64,000 bases of DNA, from the NCBI GenBank assembly GCA_002269645.1, contig NIVC01000013.1:744001-808000 (forward strand), given 5' to 3'. Below, piece after piece: positions 40,165 to 53,600 of this stretch (the stretch's first letter is position 1; every line of letters starts with the position of its first letter). The DNA is from Macrostomum lignano. Its lineage: Eukaryota. The position numbers and the translations under genes are program-made. The notes under the pieces were generated by a model, which did no database searches, was not told where the DNA came from, and saw nothing but the letters and a program-made list of their open reading frames with translations.

Positions 40165-40803
40165 ACCTCTGGTGTACTTATTTAGGGCGCTGACTAACCA
40201 GGTGTACTTAATTAGGCCGCTGGCTTACATCAGGTATACCTAATTAGACCGCTGGTTTACCTCAGGTGTACTTGATTAGGCCGCTAGCTAACCTCAGGTG
40301 TACTTTATTGGGCCGCTGGCTTTAGTGGCTTACCTGAGGTGTACTTAATTAGGCCGCTAGCTAACCTCAAGTGTACTTAATTAGGCCGCTAGCTAACCTC
40401 AGGTAAACCTAATTAGACCGCTGTTTCACCTCAGGTGTACTTGGCCGCTGGCTAACCACAGGTGTACTTAATTAGGCCGCCGGCTAATCACAGGTGTACT
40501 TAATTTGTCCGCTGGCTAATCACAGGTGTACTTAATTTGTCCGCTGGCTTACCTCAGGTGTTACCTAATTAGGCCGCTGGCTAACCTCAGGTGTACTTGA
40601 TTAGGCCGCTGGCTAACCTCAGGTAAACCTAATTAGACCGCTGTTTCACCTCAGGTGTAGTTGGCCGCTGGCTAACCACAGGTGTACTTAATTAGGCCGC
40701 CGGCTAACCTCAGGTGTACCTAATTAGGCCGCTGGCTGACAACAGGTGTACCTAATTAGGCCGCTGGCTAACCACAGGTGTGCCTAATTAGGCCACTGGC
40801 TAA
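40165..40803. repeat. ~32-bp minisatellite AGGTGTACTTAATTAGGCCGCTGGCTAACCTC (cyclin L intron 3)
   Basis: Direct reading. Confidence 0.92.
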
Positions 40804-41439
40804 CATTCTGGGCACCCACAGATCCCGGTTGGATACCAACTAATCTTACGGCCATCAAGCAGAACTCAAGCACACAAATGAAGGCTGGTTAATAAAAAAA
40901 TTGAACAGTAAAATGATATAAGGATACGGCTAACCAACCAACCAACCAATCGGACCGCAACGCAAACGCCACGCCACGGCTGAGCGAGCTTCATTTGGTA
41001 GCGACCGATCAGATGACTGACTGACTGACAGATGCTGCTGCGGCCGCTGACCTCACTCGCTGCTGCAGGCTGAGCAGTGCTCTCATTGGCTTAGAGATCG
41101 CATAGATCTGAGCCGAGGATTGAGTAGTATCGAAGTGGGAGGGGGGAGAAAGAGAAAGGCAAAAGGGGGGAGAGTACGGTTAGAATTATGCTCGACAACT
41201 GCATTTATATTGATTATTCTTCAAGCGGCTTGCGTTTGCAGTTATAAAAAATGTTATTTGATCTTCTAGAGACTTCCAGCTTCTTACATTTTAGAGATCG
41301 ACAGTGTATCTACTAAAGTGATGTACAGCCAGCCCTTCAAGATGTAGCAAAAATAACAAAATAATGAACGTAGTAATAAAACGCTGAAATTGTTTCTTCG
41401 AATTTCTTCGAATGTCATTTTAGCTGTCTGTGGGGCAGT

Positions 41440-42850
41440 CGCTTCAGGGCTCTTACTGATTGTGACTTCAGGGCTCTTACTGTTGGTCACTTCAGGGTTC
41501 TTACAGGCTGTCCTTCAGGGTTCTTACAGGCTGTCTTTCAGGTTCTTACTGGTTGTCACTTCAGGGTTCTTACTGGCTGTCCTTCAGGGTTCTTACTGGC
41601 TGTCTTTCAGGTTCTTACTGGTTGTCACTTCAGGGTTCTTACTGGTTGTCACTTCAGGGTTCTTACTGGTTGTCACTTCAGGGTTCTTACTGATTGTCAC
41701 TTCAGGGTTCTTACTGGTTGTCACCTCAGGGTTCTTACAGGCTGTCCTTCAGGGTTCTTACTGGCTGTCTTTCAGGTTCTTACTGGTTGTCACTTCAGGG
41801 TTCTTACTGTTCGTCACTTCAGGGTTCTTACTGGCTGTTCTTCAGGGTTCGTACTGTTGGTCACTTCAGGGTTCTTACAGTCTGTCCTTCAGGGTTCTTA
41901 CAGGCTGTCCTTCAGGGTTCTTACAGGCTGTCCTTCAGGGTTCTTACTGGTTGTCACTTCGGGCTTCTTACTGGCTGTCCTTCAGGGTTCTTACTGGCTG
42001 TCACTTAGGGGTTCTTACTGGTTGTCACTTTGGGGTTCTTATTGGTTGTCACTTTGGGGTTCTTACAGGCTGTCACTTCAGGGTTCTTACAGGCTGTCCT
42101 TCAGGGTTCTTACTGGCTGTCACTTCAGGGTTCTTACTGTTGGTCACTTCAGGGTTCTTACAGTCTGTCCTTCAGGGTTCTTACAGGCTGTACTTCAGGG
42201 TTCTTACAGGCTGTCCTTCAGGGTTCTTACAGGCTGTCACTTCAGGGTTCTTACAGACTACTTCAGGGTTCTGACAGGCTGAACTTCGGGGTTCTTACAG
42301 GCTATACTTCAGGGTTCTTACTAGCTGTCACTTTAGGGTTCTTACAGGCTGTACTTCAGGGTTCTGACAGGCTGTACTTCAGGGTTCTTATTGGCTGTCA
42401 CTTCAGGGTTCTTACAGGCTGTACTTCAGGGTTCTGACAGGCTGTACTTCAGGGTTCTTACTGGCTGTCACTTCAGGGTTCTTACAGGCTGTCCTTCAGG
42501 GTTCTTACAGGCTGTCCTTCAGGGTTCTTACAGGCTGTCCTTCAGGGTTCTTACAGGCTGTACTTCAGGGTTCTTACAGGCTGTCCTTCAGGGTTCTTAC
42601 AGGCTGTCCTTCAGGGTTCTTACTGTTGGTCTCTTTAGGGTTCTTACAGTCTGTCCTTCAGGGTTCTTGCAGGCTGTCCTTCAGGGTTCTTGCAGGCTGT
42701 CCTTCAGGGTTCTTACTGGCTGTCACTTCAGGGTTCTTGCAGGCTGTCCTTCAGGGTTCTTACAGCCTGTCCTTCAGGGTTCTTCCAGGTTGTCCTTCAG
42801 GGTTCTTACAGGCTGTCCTTCAGGGTTCTTACTGGCTGCCACTTCAGGTT
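41440..42850. repeat. 23/24-bp minisatellite CTTCAGGGTTCTTACAGGCTGTC / ...TGGTTGTCA (cyclin L intron 3)
   Basis: Direct reading; explains ORFs 41390..42888. Confidence 0.96.
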
Positions 42851-42962
42851 CTTTACGGGTTGCAACCTTTGAATTTAGGCTAAACTAATCTCAGGTATAT
42901 GGAACATTAAATTCTAAACCTCGCAGAGGAGAAAAGCAAACAAAAAACAAAGACTAACTTAC

Positions 42963-43027
42963 CAGGCAGATTGTCTCAATTGCTGGTTGTCATCCAGCTG
43001 TAGCCAGTTCAGCCAAACTGGGATCAG
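42963..43027 (-). CDS. CCNL1: Cyclin L, coding exon 3 (LIPVWLNWLQLDDNQQLRQSAW)
   Basis: TTTCAG acceptor, GTAAGT donor, 65 bp, phase 0 to 2; corresponds to the cyclin L IIVMYL...LVQTAW segment. Confidence 0.88.
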
Positions 43028-43340
43028 CTGAAATTTTTGACGAAACGAGTCGCCATAAAAAGGCAACAGAGGGCAAGCAGGTTAGCGTTTTGCGATACAG
43101 ACACCGATCATTTATCATGGAAATTGTAATCAGTCACTTAATATCAAAAGCTGTGTAGTGTAGGATTAAGGCTATTAAAATATTTTAACGGAACTTCACT
43201 TTTGTTCCGATTTTATATAGCATTTTACCATTTTATATAATAACTTGGTTGATTTATCCGCGACCGAGGCGCTCTTTGAAGACTTGAAAATTGATTTGCG
43301 CAACTTGATAATTAAATCAAATTCTTAGTGAAGCTCGTAG

Positions 43341-44055
43341 GTTAACTGGCTTAGTGGAGTTTCAGGTAACTGGCTAAGTGGAGTTTTAGGTTAACTGGCT
43401 TAGTGGAGTTTTAGGTAACTGGCTTAGTGGAGTTTTAGGTAGCTGGCTAAGTGGAGTTTTAGGTAACTGGCTTAGTGGAGTTTTAGGTAACTGGCTAAGT
43501 GGAGTTTTAGGTAACTGGCTTAGTGGAGTTTTAGGTAACTGGCTTAGTGGAGTTTTAGGTAACTGGCTTAGTGGAGTTTCAGGTAACTGGCTTAGTGGAG
43601 TTTTAGGTAACTGGCTAAGTGGAGTTTTAGGTAACTGGCTAAGTGGAGTTTTAGGTAACTGGCTTAGTGGAGTTTTAGGTAACTGGCTAAGTGGAGTTTT
43701 AGGTTAACTGGCTTAGTGGAGTTTTAGGTAACTGGCTAAGTGGAGTTTTAGGTGACTGGCTTAGTGGAGTTTGAGGTAACTGGCTAAGTGGAGTTTTAGG
43801 TAACTGGCTAAGTGGAGTTTTAGGTGACTGGCTTAGTGGAGTTTTAGGTAACTGGCTAAGTGGAGTTTTAGGTAACTGGCTAAGTGGAGTTTTAGGTTAA
43901 CTGGCTTAGTGGAGTTTGACGTAACTGGCTTAGTGGAGTTTGAGGTGACTGGCTTAGTGGAGTTTTAGGTAAACTGGCTTAGTGGAGTTTTAGGTAACTG
44001 GCTTAGTGGAGTTTTAGGTAAACTGGCTTAGTGGAGTTTTAGGTAACTGGCTCAG
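43341..44055. repeat. 24-bp minisatellite GGTAACTGGCTTAGTGGAGTTTTA (cyclin L intron 2)
   Basis: Direct reading. Confidence 0.96.
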
Positions 44056-44335
44056 TCCATATAGTACAATTTGATAAATAGGATCAGGTGGGATTTAGAA
44101 CTGATTGGGGGAGATACCAAAAACCCTTTTGCCAGAAAAGACATGCGGTAAACAAGGCAATGATTACAGACAGTAGGAGGAATTGTATTGTATCAAGCTG
44201 GTTTTCTGAGAATAATTCTATTTCAGCCCTAGAGACTAACAGATTTGACGCAATGTCGTTTAATATTATGATTTGCCTGGGTATAAATTAGTTAACATGT
44301 GTTCTAACCGCGAATCAAAGAAGAAACGTGCTTAC

Positions 44336-44456
44336 CTTGTGAGGATGCTGTACATGTACAGAGAAGCCCAATTCTTTTAATAAACGGCGCTCCGCCTTGA
44401 TGACTTGATTTTTTAGATTTACATAGTTGTTGTCTAACGGTAGCGGAGTGAACGGC
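44336..44456 (-). CDS. CCNL1: Cyclin L, coding exon 2 ([40 protein letters not shown])
   Basis: TTTCAG acceptor, GTAAGC donor, 121 bp; conserved [23 protein letters not shown] motif. Confidence 0.94.
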
Positions 44457-44504
44457 CTGAAATGCGATAGGAGAATCATGTGAGAATTTTAGGAATTCTA
44501 TCGG

Positions 44505-44785
44505 GTCTGCTAATAGGGAATTGTAATTGTTGAGGGTCTGCTAATAGGGAATTCTTTGGGGTCTTCTAATAGGGAATTCTATCGGGTCTGCTAATAGGGA
44601 ATTCTATAGGGTCTGCTAATAGGGAATTGTTGAGGGTCTGCTAATAGGGAATTCTATCGGGTCTGCTAACAGGGAATTCTATCGGGTCTGCTAACAGGGA
44701 ATTCTATCGGGTCTGCTAACAGGGAATTCTATCGGGTCTGCTAATAGGGAATTCTATAGGGTCGGCTAATAGGGAAGTCTATAGC
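44505..44785. repeat. 25-bp minisatellite CTAATAGGGAATTCTATCGGGTCTG (cyclin L intron 1)
   Basis: Direct reading. Confidence 0.93.
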
Positions 44786-44920
44786 GACTGCTTTTATGAC
44801 CTTCCTTGTAGGGAATTCCAGTGTCCATTATCAAGGAATTCAAGGTGTCTGTCTTTAGAAGATTTTAAAAGGTTCTGGTTGAAATCGACCTGATGATATA
44901 ACTCAAGAAGTTCAACCTAC

Positions 44921-45480
44921 CGTTTCTCCCTAAACTGTCGGATATGATGAAACACATTAATAACGTCGCGAGCTCGTCTGGGCGCTTCTTCAATTTTAGC
45001 GGCTAGAAATATACTAGCCATAGCAGTGTGCTCATAGTGATGCCTGACTAACGAACGAGAATAATAGAATCGTTGATAGAGCACCTGGCCAGTGGCGCAG
45101 GCCACGTGCGGCAGTTTCAACAATATACTAGCAGATTGGATCAGCTCGCAGCCCATGTATCGCAAATTCCATTCGTCTGAATAGGACAGGCCATCTAGCC
45201 TAGATGGACTATTAGCTGGGTCCAATCGTTCAGGCGGTAGCAGGACATTCTTCAGGGTCAGACAGACAAGTTCGGGAGGCTGCTGCTGCTGTTGCTGGGT
45301 TGGTTGCTGCTGCGAGCGCAGAGGAGAGTTAGTTGCACTGGCGCTCCCGGCCGCACTGGGCACAGCGGACAGCAGTGGCACGGGAGGCCTCGAACCAGTC
45401 ACTGATTGGCTGGTAGACGAAGAGTTTGAAATGGCCGCCGCAGACGCTGAGAATGTTGGTACGCCAGCAATGGCTGACAT
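44921..45480 (-). CDS. CCNL1: Cyclin L, coding exon 1 (N-terminus and first cyclin box)
   Basis: PSRLDGL...[42 protein letters not shown]...[25 protein letters not shown] is the cyclin L box; donor CG|GTAGGT at 44921/44920; acceptor TTGCAG at 45496, 15 nt before the ATG. Confidence 0.95.
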
Positions 45481-48400
45481 GGCTTGTATAACTGGCTGCA
45501 ATGGAAACAAAGTAGCCTTTTGTTATGAAATAGAAAGTCAACAGTCATTGTTTTATTTGTGGACAATAAATGAAGAATCAACCCCAATTGAAGTTTATTT
45601 ATGTTATTTCTTGAACTTGATACAGACTTTGGAAAAATAACTTTTGAATTTTTGACTTTTATACTTATATATAGACATCTAATCAACAAAATCAGACTTC
45701 TAATCTAATAAACAACAAAAATAAGCATCACAATTTAAATTATTTTCAAGTTTTGATAAATAATTATAAACAAATAATCTTAGCTCTAATATTTCATATT
45801 TTTGGGGGCAAAATAGATTGATCTTATGCAATAATACAAATTTTAATAAGGTCATCTGACCTGCCAATATACATTCAAAATGCTAATATACATTAAAAAA
45901 TATTTATTGCAAAAAAGCTTATAAATACACATGGCATACTAATGAAATACTTGATTTTTTAAATAAATAATGCTTATTAAATTTAAATATTCAAATATTC
46001 AAAAATTTTTTGGCCTTTTGTATTTTTTATAAACAGAAAAACAAGTTCAGGCATTAAAGTTATTATAAAAAGCAGTTAATATCTACTATACTAAATAATT
46101 ACTTTTAAATCTAACTTTAGGTTGAGTACTTGATCAAACTGGGGGTTTAGCCAAGCACTTTAGTCAAGCTTTGTTGAATAGTTAAATAGAATTAAAATTT
46201 GGTTAGTTAGTGAATTTAAACCTCAACCTTGGTCAGTCTATTGTCATATTTTTGCATTATAATTTTCATGTTGTTTATATTTCTAGGAATTCTGGATTCC
46301 AAAGTAATACTTTTAGAATGAAATCTTGCTTTTTAATTACATTTTGTTTAACTTGTTGCATTGCATGTCTTAGCTTCTGTCTCTCTTATTGGGTGGATAA
46401 GAGTCCTCTCTGTATCCATGCTTAGGCGCAACCTAGGGATTCACCTAACCATTTCTATTGGCAACACACACATGTAAGTCACTATTAGAGAGAATAGCAA
46501 TGAATTTTTCTATTAGCCAATAGCAACTATTAATCAAAGGCTCTATTAGCCAAAGGCTTTTAGCCAATAATGACTTACATGTGTGTTTTAAGTCATTCCA
46601 AGAGCACTGCAATACTTGCTTACACTCTACTTGATCTAGCAAAATTAGCAAAAAAGGCTTTAGTAAAAAAACAAAAAAAATTTTGTGTTTATCTATTATG
46701 TCTAAAATATCTAAACACTAGTATACTAGATACTACTTATATAATTAAAGCGTAAGCTAACCTACAGATAGCTATAATTATAAAAGTTTTGGTTATTTTA
46801 GTTACATGAGTTAATATTTAGTTATATATTATAGTTATCATATTAAATTTATTCCCTATACAAAGAAAATGAATTAGAAAAAGGCAAAAAAGATATTAAA
46901 AATTATACAAACTTTTATAGTAAATGTTTATACTTACATGGTATTTAATGCCAATTGGCAAATGCTTTATTAAGTATGCTTTATAAGGAGTTGAACAAGA
47001 TCTTGATCTTAATTTTAATTGTCAAGATCTTGGCACTTTTCTCAATCTTAATCTGTTTCAAGATCTCAAAAAAAATTCAAGATTTTTTTATCATATGACT
47101 TATGGTGACTCCTTTTAGACAAAAGCTATCTGACTATCGTCATAATTTTGGAATTTTCTAGAGTTGTATTATGGCTAGAATCAAAGCAGATAGTGTTGTA
47201 ACACTATATAATTTTTAAGTAAATGGCAAGAGTAACTATGATCATCTTATTATTAAGGCTAATTGCCTTGTCATCTAATTAGTACTAGGTTTGTATTTGG
47301 TACAAAAGTTAATGTTCTGTGTGGCATTACAATTTTGTAGGATTTGACACTTATTCAAATAGGGTTGGTAACTATAATATTATCACAGTTATATTTTGTA
47401 TATAAATATATATAAAGTTATTAACCAGCTTGATATTAATATAATAATTGCTTTTCCTTATATTATCATCTTTTACATACATTTAACAAATAACAATATT
47501 AACACTGATAGATATTGTAGAATAGTATAATAAATTAGCCTACTAGTATACTAGATACTAATTAGGCTTAATCTCAAATCTCTGTTAAATCCCAATTATC
47601 TTAAAAGCATAGATCTTAAGTCTGAAAATCTAAAAAATGTGATATTGTCCAACCTTTATCTATAGTCAATATATAAAATAATGCATTTACTTAAGATATA
47701 GGCATAAAGACCCAATTAAAATGATTATAATGTATTTATACAAATAAAAATAGAAATAGAAATAGAAATAGAAAAACTGGCAAGAAACTTATAGCTAGAA
47801 AGATAATATAGCCTATGCCAAAAAATAGTAAAACATTTTTGTCTATACTATACACCAAAACCCAAAGCAGTTTTATAGAATTACAATTACTTTGGTAACT
47901 ATCAGTTTGGCCACACTCCAGATCATTTAGTATATACCCAAAAAATCTGGGCATGCATTAGCCTTGGATTGCAAAAGTATCCAATTGCATAATTGACATG
48001 CATCACTTTTAAGAAAATAGTGTGTATACACACTTGGTATGTACAAGTTATAGAATCACAGTTAGAGTAATAATAGAAAAACATGAAAGAAGTTCATTTT
48101 AAGCATAAATTTCAAGCTTTCTAGGTTTTTTTAAGCTTAGAATAAGGCATTTAAACATATTTTTGTGTGTTTTGATTTTTTGCTATAAATAATATAGGCA
48201 AAAAAGCAAAAAATAAACCTAGTTATTAGCCAAAAAGGGTCTATTATGCAACCCAAAAAGGTCATTTATTGTGGCAATATAAAAAGGTCTTTTTGGCAAT
48301 ATTGGCATAGATTTGAGTGTGAGTATGCACTCTAAATTTCTGTCATGCATTTGTAATTATTCCATTTTTGTTTGGGTACGCACCTAGCATGATCTGGACT

Positions 48401-50100
48401 ATAGCAGTTTGGTGACAGTCACTTTATTCATTTCACTATCTATTATCTATAACTATTCATAAATTTTTATTTGTTTTTAAAGGTGATTTAAGATTTTATA
48501 GATATTAAAACACAAAAAAATTATTGCATCCATTGGATAAATTGGATACCAATTACATTTATATATATAAAGTTAATGGCACATGCATTGAATATAACTT
48601 TATGATCAAATTTCAATTAACAAATTGAAATATGCATAAAAATTAAATCTTAACATCAAATCTTAATTAATAAACTAAAAATGACAAATAGTTAGGCCTA
48701 ATAGCTATCAAGAAGATAGGTAAAATCTGGAAAATAAACATAGAAAAAAGTTAGGAAACAAACAATATTCATTTTTTATACAATATACATAAAAAAAATT
48801 AAAGGATATTTCAAAAAGATGATAACTATTAATAAAAAATCTTTATTATTGATTTATCAAAAAACAAAAAACTTATAAATAATGGACATGCACTATTCTA
48901 TATATACATTTGGCCTTTTAACATATAACTTATAACTGGTAGCCTAACCTGTCACCAAAATGGATATCACCAAAATAACCTAACCTATTACCAAAATGAC
49001 CAAAGTGAAATAACTAGTTCTTATTTTATATTACCAATTTATTTTATTAGAGGCAGGGGGTTGTGTACACCCTGGCATACTTTAAGCGACATAGGCACAC
49101 AACTGGCGAGAGACATTATTATCAATATTATAAATTATCAAAATTGGTACAAATTCAAAAGAAAAATAATTTTGCAAACAAAACTGCATTAGCACTAATA
49201 CTTCTTCCCAATTTCTCCCAATAGTTCTTCCCGATTGCAACTTAGTTCCTCCCAATTATGACTTAGTTCCTCTCAATTGCGACTTAATTTTCATTTTGTA
49301 TATGACTTTTCTTGCCTTTTTCTTTTTTTTTCTTTTTCTTTCTTTGTCCTCTTTCCCCTTTTCTCTCTTCTTCCTCCTTTCTTTTCCTTTTCTCTTCCTT
49401 TCCTTTCTTTCTTCTCCTAATTTTTTGTTTTTTTTTGCGTTTTTAATTTTGTGACTTACCTTGGCCAGTGGCCATTTTACCTGTTTGGTTCGGACAGGTC
49501 GGACGGGTGTTGGGCATGTATATTGATAATATTTTAATTTCATGGTTATGTCAAGTGACAATATTTTATAAAATTATTTTTTATTTGAATTTGATTTGTT
49601 ATTTGTGATTTGTGATTTATTCAAAAGTACCAAGGATTTAAATTAATGATTTATATGATAAATATATAGGCCTAACAAAGAAATCTCTTGCAAGTTATTT
49701 ATGGCCCAAAGGGGTGGTATCTAATAATTGCTGAATAGGGAAAGAGGAATAACAGAAAGCATTTTTACCAAATCTATTTTTTAAAGCATAATTCTAATAA
49801 GTATATTTTACCACTTTAACCAAAAATGGCAAGATATCCAACTAGGCCAACAATTGATCCATGACCATAATTATATACTATATAGGTACTACACTACAAA
49901 CTTTTTGCTATATAGTTAGGCCGCTACATTAATTGTGATAGGCCTAAATAAACCAACAAATGTTTTATATGTTACAATTCTTTGTATTCATAGGAGTAAA
50001 AAAATAAAAATAAAATTTTTATTTTAGCAAAATTCAATAAAAAAATAATTTAGCAAACAAAACTGCACTAGTGGCATGGCACCCTGGGCCTAGTATTATG

Positions 50101-50676
50101 CCAGGATAGAATTCTTGCTTGGGGGTAGGAAAATACGAGCGCACATTTTTGGAGCAGCATGCAAGCGTGCATGCCAGCTGTAAAAGAGTCATAATGCAGA
50201 TCATGGCGGGCCCATGCGCTAAAAAATGAAATTTCTAGTTTTTCAATTCTTATGCCGACGTAAATTATAAAGTTATACTTTAAGTGTAAAGTAGCTTGAA
50301 CACTATAATTTCTTAGAGAAAATTTTCTTAAAAAATTAAAAGTTTCACTAAACTTTAAAGTAACTGTTTTTGCTAAAAACTATTAGGGCCTATTCTTTGT
50401 TTTATTTTTGTTGAAAATTTTCCAGCTTAAAAACAACCTTCTGGACTATGAAAAGTAGGAGAACTTGAGCGCGCATACACTACATGGCACATAACCATGT
50501 TGAATGCATGTAGGCTAAAAGTCAAATCCTGTCTATGATTCTGCGCAAATAGCTTCTTTGCAAGCGCATACGATAGAGTGCGCACACACCTTCTTTAAGA
50601 GCGTGCAAGTAGGTTCCTTTTCAGCACGCAAGCGCGCACAAATGCATAACAACTTTTGTGCAGAATTCTATCTTGG
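50101..50676. mobile_element. hAT-like MITE (576 bp) with 14-bp TIR and 8-bp target-site duplication
   Basis: CCAGGATAGAATTC ... GAATTCTATCTTGG (1 mismatch); GTATTATG at 50093-50100 and 50677-50684. Confidence 0.8.
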
Positions 50677-53600
50677 GTATTATGTATAGTACAGGAAAAA
50701 GGGGCATTTGATGTAGTTTATATTATTGGCTAAAGAAGAGGTTTTACTTTTATGCTTGAACATAATTTTAAAAATAGAACAATAAAACTTAGGTTAAGTA
50801 TCATAAAAATAGAAATATACACCAAAAAGTTGACCAAAGCAAAACTTCCAAAGTACAAGTATGAATAAGAGACATAAATATGACCTTAATTAGGCCCTAA
50901 TCAATTTTTTCCAATTGACATAAACTAGATTTTAACAAGTAAACACCGACAAAAAACTACACATTGCTATGGAAAAACTACGCCCTAAATAATAGGCCTA
51001 GTCATTGTTTCGGAATAGGATGTTAGTTTAGTTTAGACTTAGTGGGTAGGCTAGGCTAGGGCCTAGGCCTACCGAGCGAGTTAACCGTTAAGTGAACGAG
51101 TACAACAGTTTATTTTAATTTTAACAAGAGTGGAAACCTGATTGGATGTTCCGAATGTTCGCGAAAGGAGTGACAGCGAACTGTTTAATTGGTTTCAATG
51201 CACGTCCGCCTGTCAGCAATACTATACTGTGTTGGGACAAAAATAAGAGAAAAATGTATTTTAATGTCGCGTTTAAATTTTACACTTGAATAGAATAGTC
51301 AAGCCAAAAATTTGTAAATTATTTATAACAAATTTAGCTTTTGCTGTTAAAGTATTGTAAAATGCACACGTGCAGTTTACTTTTTATTTTATATCTAGTA
51401 AATTTAATAGTAAATTTGTGTTTTTAGGTAGACAAGTCGTTTTATCTTTGTCTTAAATCTACTATTTCTATTTACTATTTCTAGGACTATTTCTACTTCC
51501 CTCTTCCTAAAATAAGATCGTGAACCTTTTCCGTTCTTCTCTTCGTCCTTGGAAAACCCCGGCTGCGCGCAATTCTTGAAATCTCCATCAAAGAGAACCC
51601 GACCCTTACAGTAATCTCTGCTAAGCACGTCATTCGACACTTTCCATCGACTTTACAGCCTTTTTGGAGTGTGCCTTTTAATACCCCGGAAGTTACTAGT
51701 TTAATTAGCACTATACATGTACATACATTTGGACCATTAATTGCATGGCAACTCCGTCGTTACTGCAGAAACCCAAAGTAAAACGGTCCAAATTTATTTC
51801 AAGAGAACTTAATCGCGGTAATCTGAAGGACAATTAAATAAAATGTAACACTGTGATGAGGACAGTGGTTCTAGTTAATCACTTAATTACATGTAATTAA
51901 GAGTCAAGATATGCTTTGTAAACAACCGCACAGCTAGCCTTTGATATACATGTAATTGTCATGCAAGGAACCGAAATTAAGTGACGACGTCACTGCAGAG
52001 GCCTGCTATAGTGACGGAGAAGCTTAAACAAGCAGCCCCAACGTGTATATGTGTGTTTGTACATTTACCTTGCTTGCAAAACTCATGCACTTTACATGTA
52101 CATGTAACTACTAGCCTGCGGCCATTCTCGATCTCCCGCCGGTGAATTTATCTGTAGGTAGATAATTATAAAATTAAATAATCGACCAGCCAACCTATAC
52201 CAGAAGGGCTCAAAATTTTGATTCAAAACACTCCAGCCTTTCAGACTCTCTGATTGGCTAGAAAAATATGGGGTTGCGCAACAAGAAGTCACGAGACAAT
52301 TAAGAAGCTTACAACTTACAGAGATGCAAATGGGGTTAAAATTGTTACGCATTGTGTTATACGCATTGATTTTTTTGCTGAAAAATAAAGAAGGTCGGAA
52401 TTGGGGATTAAAAGAAGTGGGGTTGTAAGGTATGAGTCATCGATGGGTCATCACAACTTAATATTCTGGACGATGTGAAGTCTCGAAAATTTAAAATCGA
52501 TCGCTTTTTTTGACTAAAATTTGTTTTCGACCACCCATGCAATCTGTGCCGCGCGACCCTATTAATTACTATTAAAGAAAGACTACTTCATTTTTTGCTT
52601 TTTTAAAATAAATAACGCACCTTATTCAGCAAGAAGCATTGATTGCGCACTCTGCATCGCACCGCAGAAAAAGAAAGCTGTTTGCCCACATTTCGATTTT
52701 GATTTCAGACAGTTTTTGATACAAATACGGCTTGTATTAACTTCATCTCCCCAAACTCCAAGGCCTACAGCTGTATATTGGCCGATGGTGTAGTTTTATT
52801 TTCATAAAGAAATTGCGCAAATTTTGAACGCTTCTGAATTTGTTCAAAGAAATAATGCAGACGGAATATTGAATTCACCTTGCTCAAAACTCACTTACTC
52901 ACCTATATGGCTAATGGCATCAATTATAGTCACCTGCAACAGCTGTACAGAATGCATCATCACACGCGGCTCTACAAAACTCTTTCTAAAACTCTCCACA
53001 GGGACAGGTCATCCCAGTCTCAGCTCCCCATCCCACCATATATAACGCGCGTATGTGCAGACAAACGTGTACGCGCGTACATGTATTCTCAATCGTACGT
53101 CCTCTGCCTCGACCTAAGCGCTTTTCCTAATACAACCCCCTTCATTTCCACTCTGTCTTCCTCAAAGCACGTCCCGATCTCCAATTTCTTTCTCCCTGCT
53201 AGGCGTACACAGGTGTATATAGGGCGTTTCTCTATACTTTGGCTAGCCAGGTATTGCCACCATGGATATCGACGGCGAGAATAATAAAGCCATGGAGTGG
53301 AGAGACGAGAGAGGAAAAGAACTGAAGAAGATTGAAATTAGGCTGGGCTGGAGCTCAGACAGACGACAGGCGGACAGGAGCTGCAGTGTTGGCTATGTGT
53401 TGGCCATAGGAAACGCACCTCGTTCACTCTCGTCTTGCTCTGCTCCCCCCAAAAAACTGGGAATCCTCTTCCCCACCTGCTCTTTCTCTCTCTCCCTCTC
53501 ACCCTTTTCACCTCTCTTCCCTTCCCGTTCGCTGTCGTCTACTCATCAAGACTCGGCGTGTACACAGACGGGCGTTTCGACATTTCATCTCACAGTGTAC

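Noticed and set aside
52903-52933. 31-nt minus-strand segment with good acceptor and GTGAGT donor
   Set aside because: Could be a non-coding exon but cannot be tied to any gene from sequence alone.
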